Assembly: GCA_038061615.1 (NCBI GenBank)
Contig: JBBTYY010000015.1
Coordinates: forward strand, 1,298-65,297
Length of the DNA: 64,000 bases
Source: Patescibacteria group bacterium
GTDB lineage: Bacteria > Patescibacteriota > Microgenomatia > Levybacterales > UBA12049
Direction of reading: 5' to 3'
In this document: positions 1 through 8,707 of the stretch, piece after piece
Position numbering within the stretch: position 1 is the first letter of the stretch
Layout of the letters: the number at the start of each line of letters is the position of its first letter
Translations under genes and position numbers: made by a program
Notes under the pieces: generated by a model
The model's input: the letters and a program-made list of their open reading frames with translations, nothing else
Database searches by the model: none
Told to the model about the DNA's origin: nothing

Positions 1-159
1 AAGATATATAAAATATTCATTTTTTTTGTCTATAATTGAAAGCGCAGTAAGAAGCTGAAAGCAAAATTCACTACTACCGACTCTGTTTGGCAAACCGGTT
101 TCTTTGTCGAATCCGAATCTGGGAACTGCCGCCTCATACCCATTTATTCCAATAACCAT
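1..159 (-). CDS. GT4-family glycosyltransferase, N-terminal part (runs off the window)
   Basis: Read by hand: ATG at 159, MVIGINGYEAAVPRFGFDKETGLPNRVGSSEFCFQLLTALSIIDKKNEYFIYL, open to base 1. Resembles the N-termini of the GT4s at 1858 and 46510. Not in the ORF track. Confidence 0.75.
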   Translation of the reverse strand, partial: MVIGINGYEAAVPRFGFDKETGLPNRVGSSEFCFQLLTALSIIDKKNEYFIYL

Positions 160-217
160 AGTTTATTAAAGTTATAATGTTATAAAGTAAGTATCAATTG
201 CAACTTTTATGGAGTTG

Positions 218-246
218 TTGACAAAAATCATATTTTGTGATAAATT
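218..246 (+). promoter_or_regulatory. sigma70-type promoter
   Basis: TTGACA (218-223), 17 nt, TAAATT (241-246), with TG at the extended -10 position. Confidence 0.55.
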
Positions 247-257
247 GATATTAACTT

Positions 258-287
258 ACCCGGCATGCATGCATGTCGGGTTTTTTT
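258..287 (+). terminator. intrinsic terminator-like hairpin
   Basis: ACCCGGCATGCATGCATGTCGGGT near-perfect palindrome ending in a T7 run (281-287). Confidence 0.7.
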
Positions 288-897
288 ATGCATTTCTTAC
301 CACATTCTCCGTAAGAATTTTTAATAAGATTAAGTTTTTAAAAATTCTTCTAAAAATTGGCTCATTCTTTAATACAAGAAGATATGTATTAAAATAAAAC
401 ATTCCCTGATACATAATTTTATTTTCAAGAAACACCAAGAATATCTTCTTTTTATTATGAAATTTTTTTATTGAAAAAAGCGCTTGAAGAAAATCAGCAT
501 CTCCTGTAATTAAATAAGCATTGTCATACTTATTTAAAAATGCGTAGGTTATTATATCTGCCGTTAATTTTACATCTACTTCTTTTTCTTTTCCGCTGGC
601 TTTTGACCTATAACCTGTAAAAAATATTACGTCCTTATTTAGTTTTGCAGATTTATAAAACAACGCCTCATTTTTTAAATATTTCTTTTCTTTTTTTGTA
701 GGATTTTTGGGATTTGGGGAGTAAGAAGCATAAAAATAAATTTTATCGAATTTGATTCCTAACTTTTGCTGTAGTTCTTTTATCAGAAGACTAAAATCCA
801 AATATTTTGCCGGTCCAAAAAGCTCATACTGACCGGCATACATATTCGTTCCGTCCACAAAAAGAAAATTTTTCTCATTTATTTTCTTATTTTTCAT
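286..897 (-). CDS. NYN domain (LabA/DUF88, PIN-like) protein
   Basis: Motifs FVDGTN, EKEVDVKL and LITGDADF. Confidence 0.85.
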   Translation of the reverse strand: MKNKKINEKNFLFVDGTNMYAGQYELFGPAKYLDFSLLIKELQQKLGIKFDKIYFYASYSPNPKNPTKKEKKYLKNEALFYKSAKLNKDVIFFTGYRSKASGKEKEVDVKLTADIITYAFLNKYDNAYLITGDADFLQALFSIKKFHNKKKIFLVFLENKIMYQGMFYFNTYLLVLKNEPIFRRIFKNLILLKILTENVVRNA

Positions 898-907
898 ATT
901 TGTCTTA

Positions 908-1177
908 TCATTTCCAGATACTTCCAGCTGTATTGGTACAGTCGGTCTCTCTCATTTTTCCGTCTGGAGCCATCAATTTCAACTGTCGACAAATTGTCGA
1001 CAGTTCGATCCCATCCTCGCTTTTCACCCTGGTCCTCATTTTAAACCAATAATCACGGGGATTAGCGCTATCTGTAAGCGCTTCAATCACATCTACTACC
1101 GAAAACCACCATTCATTTTTATATATGGTTTTCCTGATATTTTTTCCTTTAAAAATTGAGATTCTCGTTTCAGTCAT
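908..1177 (-). pseudogene. Bro-N domain DNA-binding protein, probably C-terminally truncated
   Basis: WWFSVVDVIEALTDS and QLKLMAPDGKMRETD are typical of this family. The ORF stops where homologs usually continue. Confidence 0.65.
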
Positions 1178-1264
1178 ACTCGTAATCTATAATTAACAAC
1201 TGCCGACGTCAATACTTCGATTATGCAGATTTAACATCTTCTTATTTCTTCATACCTAATACTT

Positions 1265-1858
1265 TTATATTCCAGGGTGTGAAACACTAAGTTTTTCACT
1301 GTCGATTCCTAAAATTTCCATAGCATCTTTTTTTGTTGCTTCTGAAATACAAAAAATTAAATCCGATTCTTTTTTGACCCAATGTAGTTTTCTTTTTTGG
1401 GTTTCTACTATCTTTTTGTCTGTTTCCTTAGGGTATTTATATACAGCTAGGTCATAAAGAATTGTCGCTTTTTTTGCTTTCTTGACAGGCGGCTCTGTCC
1501 AATCGGAAGTAATAAAGACATCAACATCACCAATAAACCATTCTATTGGTGCAATATGCAATCTATTCCATAAAAGATCGAGAAGTGTTAGTGGAAATTT
1601 AAAAGTTTTGATTTTGACATTTGGATTTGATTGAAAATTGCCCCTCGGTCCTGAGCTTGGGATCGAAGGAAAAATTGAAAATTGCCCGCCCCGCTTCGCT
1701 TGTCGAGGCCGGGGAAAATTTCTTCTCAGGCTTGAGAAAAACAATACGTATTCATTCCTGGAATCAATTTTTAAAAGGGCATTCAGCAGATTTTCAAGAT
1801 AATTCGCAACTCCCGTATCTTCAAACGCTAACTGACTTATGTCAATCCCAATTCTCAT
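1265..1858 (-). CDS. GT4-family glycosyltransferase N-terminal domain only, with in-frame repeat/hairpin insertion
   Basis: MRIGIDIS, TGVANY, ILYDLA and ISEATKKD motifs. No C-terminal EGFG domain. Confidence 0.75.
   Translation of the reverse strand: MRIGIDISQLAFEDTGVANYLENLLNALLKIDSRNEYVLFFSSLRRNFPRPRQAKRGGQFSIFPSIPSSGPRGNFQSNPNVKIKTFKFPLTLLDLLWNRLHIAPIEWFIGDVDVFITSDWTEPPVKKAKKATILYDLAVYKYPKETDKKIVETQKRKLHWVKKESDLIFCISEATKKDAMEILGIDSEKLSVSHPGI
1631..1721. repeat. (TTGAAAA)4 array interrupted by two 30-bp GC-rich hairpins
   Basis: Inserts at 1641-1670 and 1685-1714, both at TTG^AAAA. Confidence 0.8.
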
Positions 1859-1883
1859 ATATTAATTCTAAGCAAATTTAAGA

Positions 1884-2759
1884 TTATTTTCTAGTTGTAA
1901 GAAAAATCCCAAAAAGAGCAAGCACTCCTCCTATAAAAAGTCCTGAAGTAAGCCTTTCTCCCAGAAAAACAAATGCCGCTAGGAAGGCAAAAATTGGTAA
2001 AAGGTAAAAAGAAGTTGAGGCAAACACTGACCCGGCATGTTTGATAGTATATTGGTTAAGTAAATAATTGAGTATTGTTCCAAAAATAGACACATAACTT
2101 AAAGAAATTATGCCAGATAACGAAAGTTGACTCAGCCATTTACTGTCTCTAATAAATTCAAAGATAAAAAATGGAAACAGAATAAAAGTTGTAATAAAAA
2201 TAAATGCGCTATTTATCACAAAAGGAGAATGTTCTTTGCTAAGTTTTTTTGAAAAAACCATATATAATGACCAAGAAATAACACCTATCACTATTAAAAG
2301 ATTCCCTACTAAATTCCCGGAAAACTGTTTATTCTGCTCAATTATTGGAAGAAGAACAACAATTGCGACACCTATAAAACCGACAACAATACCTAAGATT
2401 TTTTTTGACGATAGCCTGTCACCAAAAACAAGAAATGTAATTACTCCTGTCAAAAAAGGTACTCCTGCGTATAGCAGCTGACCTATCGTTGCGGTTGTAA
2501 ATCTTATCCCAAGAATAAATAAAATTACATTTAAAGTAGCAAATAGAGTAAAGGGTAGAAGGTTCTTTATTTTTTTAACTGAAACATTTTTGTTTTTAAA
2601 TACAATTGGTAATAATACAATCGAGGCAATAAAAAATCTTAAAAAAGAAAAAGTAAGAGGAGGAATTTCAACTAATCCAACTTTAATAACCGTAGTTACT
2701 GCCCCGCCGAACAAAGAACCAAATAAAATTGCCAGAAATGCTTTATTTCTATCAGACAC
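1884..2759 (-). CDS. EamA/DMT family transporter
   Basis: 10 hydrophobic segments, PPLTFSFLRF and FLGERL, two-fold internal repeat. Confidence 0.9.
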   Translation of the reverse strand: MSDRNKAFLAILFGSLFGGAVTTVIKVGLVEIPPLTFSFLRFFIASIVLLPIVFKNKNVSVKKIKNLLPFTLFATLNVILFILGIRFTTATIGQLLYAGVPFLTGVITFLVFGDRLSSKKILGIVVGFIGVAIVVLLPIIEQNKQFSGNLVGNLLIVIGVISWSLYMVFSKKLSKEHSPFVINSAFIFITTFILFPFFIFEFIRDSKWLSQLSLSGIISLSYVSIFGTILNYLLNQYTIKHAGSVFASTSFYLLPIFAFLAAFVFLGERLTSGLFIGGVLALFGIFLTTRK

Positions 2760-2760
2760 G

Positions 2761-2982
2761 CTACTTCCCTTTTCTTAAATTAATTAGATGGAAAATTACT
2801 GAAAGAAGAAAAAACGCCGCAGCGTACCAAGTAAGACGTTCTGCTGTAAAAAAAATCCAGAAAGAAAAAAGCGGGATGGATAAAATCAGTGAAATAATTC
2901 CTGCTCCCGTTGCTAATCTCGGATCTCTTTTAATTAGCAGACTGAGGAAGATAATAATAAAAACAATATCTTGAATTTTCAT
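2761..2982 (-). CDS. small membrane protein
   Basis: 73-aa hydrophobic ORF packed between neighbours. Confidence 0.65.
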   Translation of the reverse strand: MKIQDIVFIIIFLSLLIKRDPRLATGAGIISLILSIPLFSFWIFFTAERLTWYAAAFFLLSVIFHLINLRKGK

Positions 2983-2984
2983 TT

Positions 2985-3911
2985 CTAATCACTTGAGTAT
3001 TTAAGTGTTGCCTTATCTTCTTTTTCTTTACTGGAACTATGCAGTATAAGATCTGCTAAAAAACCTGTAAAGAAAACTTGAAGACCGCTTATGACAAGAA
3101 GCATTCCCAAAAATAAAAGAGGGCGTTTGCCTATAGAATAACCCTCAAGACGAAGAAGAGTGAGATATGCAAGGATTATTGTTCCCACAATAAAAATAAA
3201 TCCTCCTACGGGTGCAAAAAAATGAAGAGGCCTCCTGCTGTACCTTGAAAGAAATAGCATTGTAAACATATCCGGAATTTCCGTAAATACTTTAGAAAAA
3301 CCATACTTTGATTTTCCCAACTTTCTCTTATCATGAACGACAGGTACCTCTGCTACCAAAAATCCCTCCTGGTGAAGAATAAGGGGAATAAAACGGTGTG
3401 TCCCTCCGTATAAATTTAGCGATTTTGCAGCTTCCGCCCTGTAAAGCTTTAATCCGCAGTTTAAATCATTTACTTTCAAGCCCCAAAAGGAACTTGATAC
3501 TAAGTTAAAGATTTTTGATGATATATTTTTTGCAAAGGAATCTTTTCTGTTTTTTCTCCAACCCGATACCAGATCCCAACCATCCTTAGATTTTTTAATA
3601 AGTTTTTCTATCTGATCGGGTCTGTCCTGCAAATCCGAATCAATAGTAAGAATATATTCGCCTATGGCTTTTGTAAACCCAAGTGTTAGTGCCTCTGCTT
3701 TTCCCCGGTGCTTTCGAAAAGAGAAAATTCTGATGTTTTTATTCTCTTCTTCAAGTTTTTTTAAGATACTAAGCGATCCATCGGTTGACCCATCATCAAC
3801 GAAGATAACTTCAAAATCAACTTTGAGTTTTGATACCTGCAAAATAAGCTCTTTGTAAAAAGCACTTAAGCTTTCTTCCTCGTTAAAAACAGGCACAACA
3901 ACACTTAGCAT
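2985..3911 (-). CDS. GT2 polyprenol-phosphate glycosyltransferase (DPM1/ArnC/GtrB-like)
   Basis: VVPVFNEE, VDDGSTD, IDSDLQD, HRFIP and two C-terminal TM helices. Confidence 0.9.
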   Translation of the reverse strand: MLSVVVPVFNEEESLSAFYKELILQVSKLKVDFEVIFVDDGSTDGSLSILKKLEEENKNIRIFSFRKHRGKAEALTLGFTKAIGEYILTIDSDLQDRPDQIEKLIKKSKDGWDLVSGWRKNRKDSFAKNISSKIFNLVSSSFWGLKVNDLNCGLKLYRAEAAKSLNLYGGTHRFIPLILHQEGFLVAEVPVVHDKRKLGKSKYGFSKVFTEIPDMFTMLFLSRYSRRPLHFFAPVGGFIFIVGTIILAYLTLLRLEGYSIGKRPLLFLGMLLVISGLQVFFTGFLADLILHSSSKEKEDKATLKYSSD

Positions 3912-3939
3912 GCTCGTATTTTACCATTTCCTAAAGGCT

Positions 3940-5001
3940 TTATGTCCAATTTTCTGTGCACCAACGTAGCGTTCTTTCTAATCCTTTCTCTATATCTATC
4001 TTCGGAAAGTATCCAAGCTCATTCTTAACTTTAGCCAGATCAGGACACCTGCGCTGAGATTCTCCCTGAGGGTAACCTTTTGGATATGGAACGTGCTCAA
4101 TCCTCAATTTATTGTTAAACATTTGGTTGAAGATTTTTGCTAAACGACTCATATCTATTTCATTTCGATCATTGCCAACATTATAGACCTCGCCATCTTT
4201 ACCACATAGTAAAGCGAGAAGAAAACCAGTCACTGCATCTGAAATATAACAAAATGTTCTTGTCTGTACTCCACTTGAGTACACTTGGATAGGTTTATCA
4301 TTTAACGCATTAAAAAGATAACTTGGGATGACTCTGTGATCATCCGGACGCATCCCTGGTCCAAATATATTGAATGGCCGTACGATTTTGCTAGGAGTCT
4401 TATAGAAATGTCTATACATCATGCATAGCGTTTCTCCTAATCTTTTTGATTCGTCGTAGTAAGACCGTGGGCCAATCGGGGACACATTCCCATTATATGT
4501 TTCCTTTGTAGGAATTACGTCTGGGGTTGGATCTCCGTATATCTCGCTTGAACTGAAGAAAAGAAAACTCTCAACTTTCTTTTTTTTTGCAATTTCCAGC
4601 ATATTTCTTGTACCAGTTACCGCTACATCGAGTGTCTCGAATGGATATTTACGATAGTAAAACGGGGAAGCAATTCCCGCTGCATGTATGATATAGTTAA
4701 TTTTACCCTCAAGATGCAAGGTACTTACAATATCTTGTTCGATATATTTGCAATGCTGCGTTTCATGTATGATTGATAAGCCCCCCTTAGGAGAGGTAAT
4801 ACGATTATCAATGACTATTATCTTACAGGGTTTTGGAAGGGTGTGCTCGTTAAGATAATTAATCGTACCCACGATGTATCTGCCTATAAACCCTAACCCA
4901 CCAGTTATTACAACGGTTTTCCCAGAGAGAGCAAACGCGCACTTACCAACAGCATTTACTATTTCCTTGAAATCCTCCTGCATAATATGATTAACGCTCA
5001 T
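3940..5001 (-). CDS. NAD-dependent epimerase/dehydratase (UDP-glucuronate decarboxylase-like)
   Basis: TGGLGFIG, SSSEIYGDP, YDESKR, QTRTFCY and RRCPD. Confidence 0.85.
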   Translation of the reverse strand: MSVNHIMQEDFKEIVNAVGKCAFALSGKTVVITGGLGFIGRYIVGTINYLNEHTLPKPCKIIVIDNRITSPKGGLSIIHETQHCKYIEQDIVSTLHLEGKINYIIHAAGIASPFYYRKYPFETLDVAVTGTRNMLEIAKKKKVESFLFFSSSEIYGDPTPDVIPTKETYNGNVSPIGPRSYYDESKRLGETLCMMYRHFYKTPSKIVRPFNIFGPGMRPDDHRVIPSYLFNALNDKPIQVYSSGVQTRTFCYISDAVTGFLLALLCGKDGEVYNVGNDRNEIDMSRLAKIFNQMFNNKLRIEHVPYPKGYPQGESQRRCPDLAKVKNELGYFPKIDIEKGLERTLRWCTENWT

Positions 5002-5004
5002 AAG

Positions 5005-6258
5005 TTATGACACTATTTTGGGAATGGGAACAGGAATAATAAATTTACCACCATTCTCTCTAAAACTTTGATACTTTACCATAATAGACTGAGCAAAGTT
5101 CCAAGCAAGTATCAAAATATAATCTGGCTTATACTTATCTAATATTTTAGGTGAAACTACAGGTATATGGGTACCAGGAGTATATAATCCTTGTTTTAAC
5201 GGACTATCATCGATTATATAATCTAATACCTCATTGCCAATTTTGAAATAATTTAATAAGGTATTTCCTTTTGCCGGAGCTCCGTAACCGATAATTTTTT
5301 TGTTTGAAAGTTTGATTTTTGTTAACAATGTCACAAGTTCCATTTTATTTTGTAATACACGTTTTCCAAAATCAATATAAGTGTCAACTTTATTAAGCCC
5401 CTTCTTTCTTTCCGATTCTACAAATTCCGAAACGGATTTTTCTATTTTAAAATTTCCCTCATTCTTTTTAATAAATACGCGTATTGATCCTCCATGCGAA
5501 TCTACCTTCTGAACATCAAAAATTGTCATATTAAATCTCTTGAAAAGCTTAACCAATGGTGATACTGCCCAGTAAGATAGGTGCTCATGGTATACAAGAT
5601 CAAAATATCTTTTCTCCAAAAAATCAACTAGATAGGGTGCTTCCATAATAAATATTCCATCTTTATCCAAAAGAATATCTAAGCCCCTTATTACCTCGTC
5701 CAAGTCGTCTATATGTGCGAACACATTCGTAGCAGTTGCTATTTTTACAATTCCATATTGACCTACAATTTTCTTCGCAAGTTGAGCACTAAAAAACTGA
5801 CTTATAGTTTCTACGCCCTCTTTTCGAGCTAGTTTTGCTATCTTAGAAGCAGGTTCTATGCCCAAAACTTTTGTTCCAAGATCTTTAAATGGCCTCAGAA
5901 GAATTCCGTCGTTACTCCCAATGTCCAAAACTAAAGATCCTTCTGTAAGTTTAAATCTTTTATAAATCTGTTTAGAAAATGTTTTAAAGTGATTTATAAA
6001 AACCTTAGAAGTTGAAGAAACATACACGTAGTCTTTAAAAAGTTCAACCGGAGAAACAACATGCCCAAGAGTTAGGAAATTGCAATTATTGCAAAAGTAT
6101 ATATCGAGAGGATAAAAATATTCCTCCCCATCAATCTTTTCTTTTGACAAAAATGCATTAGCAAGTGGAGTAGGACCAAAAGTAAGAACTTTTGTGAAAT
6201 CGTTGGCCTTACAAACCCTACAACTATTAATCTTTTTTATTAAAGGAAAATTTTTCAT
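5005..6258 (-). CDS. NDP-hexose C-methyltransferase
   Basis: CRVC/CNNC zinc site, DIGSNDG, YHEHLSY, GYGAPAKG and LAWNF. Confidence 0.9.
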   Translation of the reverse strand: MKNFPLIKKINSCRVCKANDFTKVLTFGPTPLANAFLSKEKIDGEEYFYPLDIYFCNNCNFLTLGHVVSPVELFKDYVYVSSTSKVFINHFKTFSKQIYKRFKLTEGSLVLDIGSNDGILLRPFKDLGTKVLGIEPASKIAKLARKEGVETISQFFSAQLAKKIVGQYGIVKIATATNVFAHIDDLDEVIRGLDILLDKDGIFIMEAPYLVDFLEKRYFDLVYHEHLSYWAVSPLVKLFKRFNMTIFDVQKVDSHGGSIRVFIKKNEGNFKIEKSVSEFVESERKKGLNKVDTYIDFGKRVLQNKMELVTLLTKIKLSNKKIIGYGAPAKGNTLLNYFKIGNEVLDYIIDDSPLKQGLYTPGTHIPVVSPKILDKYKPDYILILAWNFAQSIMVKYQSFRENGGKFIIPVPIPKIVS

Positions 6259-6261
6259 TGC

Positions 6262-6645
6262 TTAAACAAGTTTAACGCGAACAGTATCTTTCTCGTATTT
6301 TTTTCGATCACGCGATTCAGTGGTTAGAGCTATAAAAGATGAATCTTCCAAGAATCTCATTGCATGGATAGTCATTGGAGGACTTTCTACTATTTCCCCT
6401 TTTTTTACAATTATTTTATGCTTTTTTGCATTTTTGGCTTTAACGTCTTGATATGTATATTCCATTGAACCATTTACCATATAAGAATAATGCGTATCTT
6501 TTTTATGATAGTGATTAGCCCTAACTGCCCCTTTTTTACAAGTAATATATAAGACACTCGTAATATTGTTTGCATTATCAAGAAGATAACTCATTTCCCC
6601 TCTCTCATCGATAAAAAAAGGTTTTATTTTTTTAATGATTTTCAT
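6262..6645 (-). CDS. cupin, probable sugar 3,4-ketoisomerase/epimerase (FdtA/WxcM-like)
   Basis: DERG and RANHYH, cupin His motif. Confidence 0.7.
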   Translation of the reverse strand: MKIIKKIKPFFIDERGEMSYLLDNANNITSVLYITCKKGAVRANHYHKKDTHYSYMVNGSMEYTYQDVKAKNAKKHKIIVKKGEIVESPPMTIHAMRFLEDSSFIALTTESRDRKKYEKDTVRVKLV

Positions 6646-7583
6646 TTTTGCTGCTGTAAAAGCTTCATTACTGTTTCGTAAATATCAACTATGCTAATCC
6701 CCAAGGTTTTTTTAACTGATGTAATTATTTCCGATGCATTAATTTCTTTACCTTCGTAATGAATATTTTTTATAATAATTGATCCATCTCCGGTCAAAAC
6801 TTCTACTCCATATTTTTTATGGACCACTGCAATTCTTCCTGGAATTCTTCCCTCGTAGACTCTGAGATTTTTAGCTATCTCACTATCCCAAACTATCATT
6901 TTTTTTCCTTCAAAGTATGTAAACGCGCCAGGGTAAGGTCTTGTTAATGCCCTTATCATATTAAAAATTTCTTGAGTACTTTTAGTCCAATCAATGTATC
7001 CATCTTCGGGAAGACGGGTGCAACAATAGGTTGGGAATCCTTTTTGCTTAAGCCCTCCATATCCTTTTAGAACTTTTTTAACTATTTCCGCCATATTTTC
7101 TTTAGTTAGTAAGTTAACTTTATCGTATATTGTTTTTACATTATCTTCTTGATTAATAGGTATCATGTACTGCGCATAAATGTCCCCTGCGTCAAGATCC
7201 GGTGTTGCTTCATGAAATGTTAGACCAATCTCTTTTCTTCCCAGAATTATGGCCCAATTAATATTCGCCCGTCCTCTCCATCTTGGCAAATCTCCATGAT
7301 GAACATTCATAAACTTTGTTAATTTAAGAATTCTGGCGGAAAGAATTTTATCGTAAGAAGATATAACAACAATATCAGGATGTGTATTTTTTACTAAGTT
7401 GAATATTTCTTCCTCCGAATTAACCTGAATTGTCTTTATCTTTAAACTGTTTGCCAAATCTTTAGCAGATGAGTTATCCCGAACAATGACCCATAGCAAA
7501 TCGAAATCTTTTATCAAAGTCTCCAAGGCAGATATACCCATTTCCCCGTAGGCAAAAAGCCCAACTCTATTTTTAGCTCTCAT
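6642..7583 (-). CDS. NDP-amino-sugar N-formyltransferase (Fmt/ArnA-like)
   Basis: NVHHGDLPRWRG, LDAGDI and IRALTRPYPGAFT. Confidence 0.85.
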   Translation of the reverse strand: MRAKNRVGLFAYGEMGISALETLIKDFDLLWVIVRDNSSAKDLANSLKIKTIQVNSEEEIFNLVKNTHPDIVVISSYDKILSARILKLTKFMNVHHGDLPRWRGRANINWAIILGRKEIGLTFHEATPDLDAGDIYAQYMIPINQEDNVKTIYDKVNLLTKENMAEIVKKVLKGYGGLKQKGFPTYCCTRLPEDGYIDWTKSTQEIFNMIRALTRPYPGAFTYFEGKKMIVWDSEIAKNLRVYEGRIPGRIAVVHKKYGVEVLTGDGSIIIKNIHYEGKEINASEIITSVKKTLGISIVDIYETVMKLLQQQK

Positions 7584-7585
7584 AA

Positions 7586-8707
7586 CTATTTTTTAACTCC
7601 CTCAAAGTATTTACTTATTCTATCAACTACAAATTCTTGCATTTCTCGTGTCAATTCAGGGTAAATTGGCAAAGATAAAATTTCTGATGATATTTTTTCC
7701 GTTACTCTTAAGTCTCCCCTTTTATATCCTAAATAAGCATATGCCCTCTGTAAATGCAAGGGTATTGGATAATGAATTAACGACTGTATTTTGTTTTCTT
7801 TTAGATACTCCAATAATCCGTCTCTTTTTTTTGTCTTTATTACATAAAGGTGAAAAACATTCTTTCTGCCATTAAAAATTTTGGGAGTTTGGATAAATGG
7901 AACATATTTTTTTAGTAAATCTGAATAGTACTCCGATATCTTTATTCTTTTTTCATTCCACTTATCAAGATGCTTAAGTTTCACTCTTAAAACTGCAGCT
8001 TGAATACTATCCAGGCGGGAATTTACTCCTAAAATATCATGGTAGTATTTTTCTCTTTGTCCATATTCCCTCAACAACTTATATTTATTTGCTAATTCCT
8101 TGCTGTTTGTAACTATTGCGCCAGCATCTCCATACGCTCCTAAATTTTTTCCTGGATAAAAGGAAAAAGCAGAAAATATTCCGAATGTACCTACTTTTTT
8201 ACCTTGATATTCTGCTCCGTGTGCCTGTGATGCATCTTCTATAAAATGGATCTTTTTCCCTGTCTTTTTGATACTTTCTCTTATCTTTTCTATACTGTCC
8301 GGCTGTCCATACATATGAACCACTATTATTGCTTTGGTTCTATTGTTAATCTTCCTTTTTAAATCTTCCAGATTAATCTGGAAATCTTCGTTTATATCTA
8401 CAAAAACCGGCCTAAGGCCGTTCTCGGAAGCAGCTAAGGCTGTGGAAATATATGTATTTGCGGGTATTAGGATTTCATCTCCCTGTTCAAGCTCCAATGC
8501 CCTTACTCCCAATATCAAGGCATCGGTGCCCGAATTAACGCCAATGCAATAATTTGCTCCAAGATAATGAGCAAATTCCTCCTCAAATTTATTCACATCT
8601 TCGCCCTGGATAAATTTAGCGGATTGAATTACTTTGAATATAGCATTTTCTATTTCGGTTTGGATTTCTTCATATTGCAGCTTAAGATCAACAAAAGGAA
8701 TATTCAT
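7586..8707 (-). CDS. DegT/DnrJ/EryC1/StrS sugar aminotransferase (FdtB-like)
   Basis: IEDASQAHG, SFYPGKNLGAYGDAG (Lys present) and NSRLD. Confidence 0.92.
   Translation of the reverse strand: MNIPFVDLKLQYEEIQTEIENAIFKVIQSAKFIQGEDVNKFEEEFAHYLGANYCIGVNSGTDALILGVRALELEQGDEILIPANTYISTALAASENGLRPVFVDINEDFQINLEDLKRKINNRTKAIIVVHMYGQPDSIEKIRESIKKTGKKIHFIEDASQAHGAEYQGKKVGTFGIFSAFSFYPGKNLGAYGDAGAIVTNSKELANKYKLLREYGQREKYYHDILGVNSRLDSIQAAVLRVKLKHLDKWNEKRIKISEYYSDLLKKYVPFIQTPKIFNGRKNVFHLYVIKTKKRDGLLEYLKENKIQSLIHYPIPLHLQRAYAYLGYKRGDLRVTEKISSEILSLPIYPELTREMQEFVVDRISKYFEGVKK

Noticed and set aside
209-397. 62-aa plus-strand ORF
   Set aside because: Runs through a promoter and terminator, is antisense to the NYN gene and has no recognisable motif
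1631-1721. Mini-CRISPR-like repeat/30-nt spacer pattern
   Set aside because: The repeat is only 7-13 nt, the spacers are themselves hairpins, the region is inside an ORF and no cas genes are present
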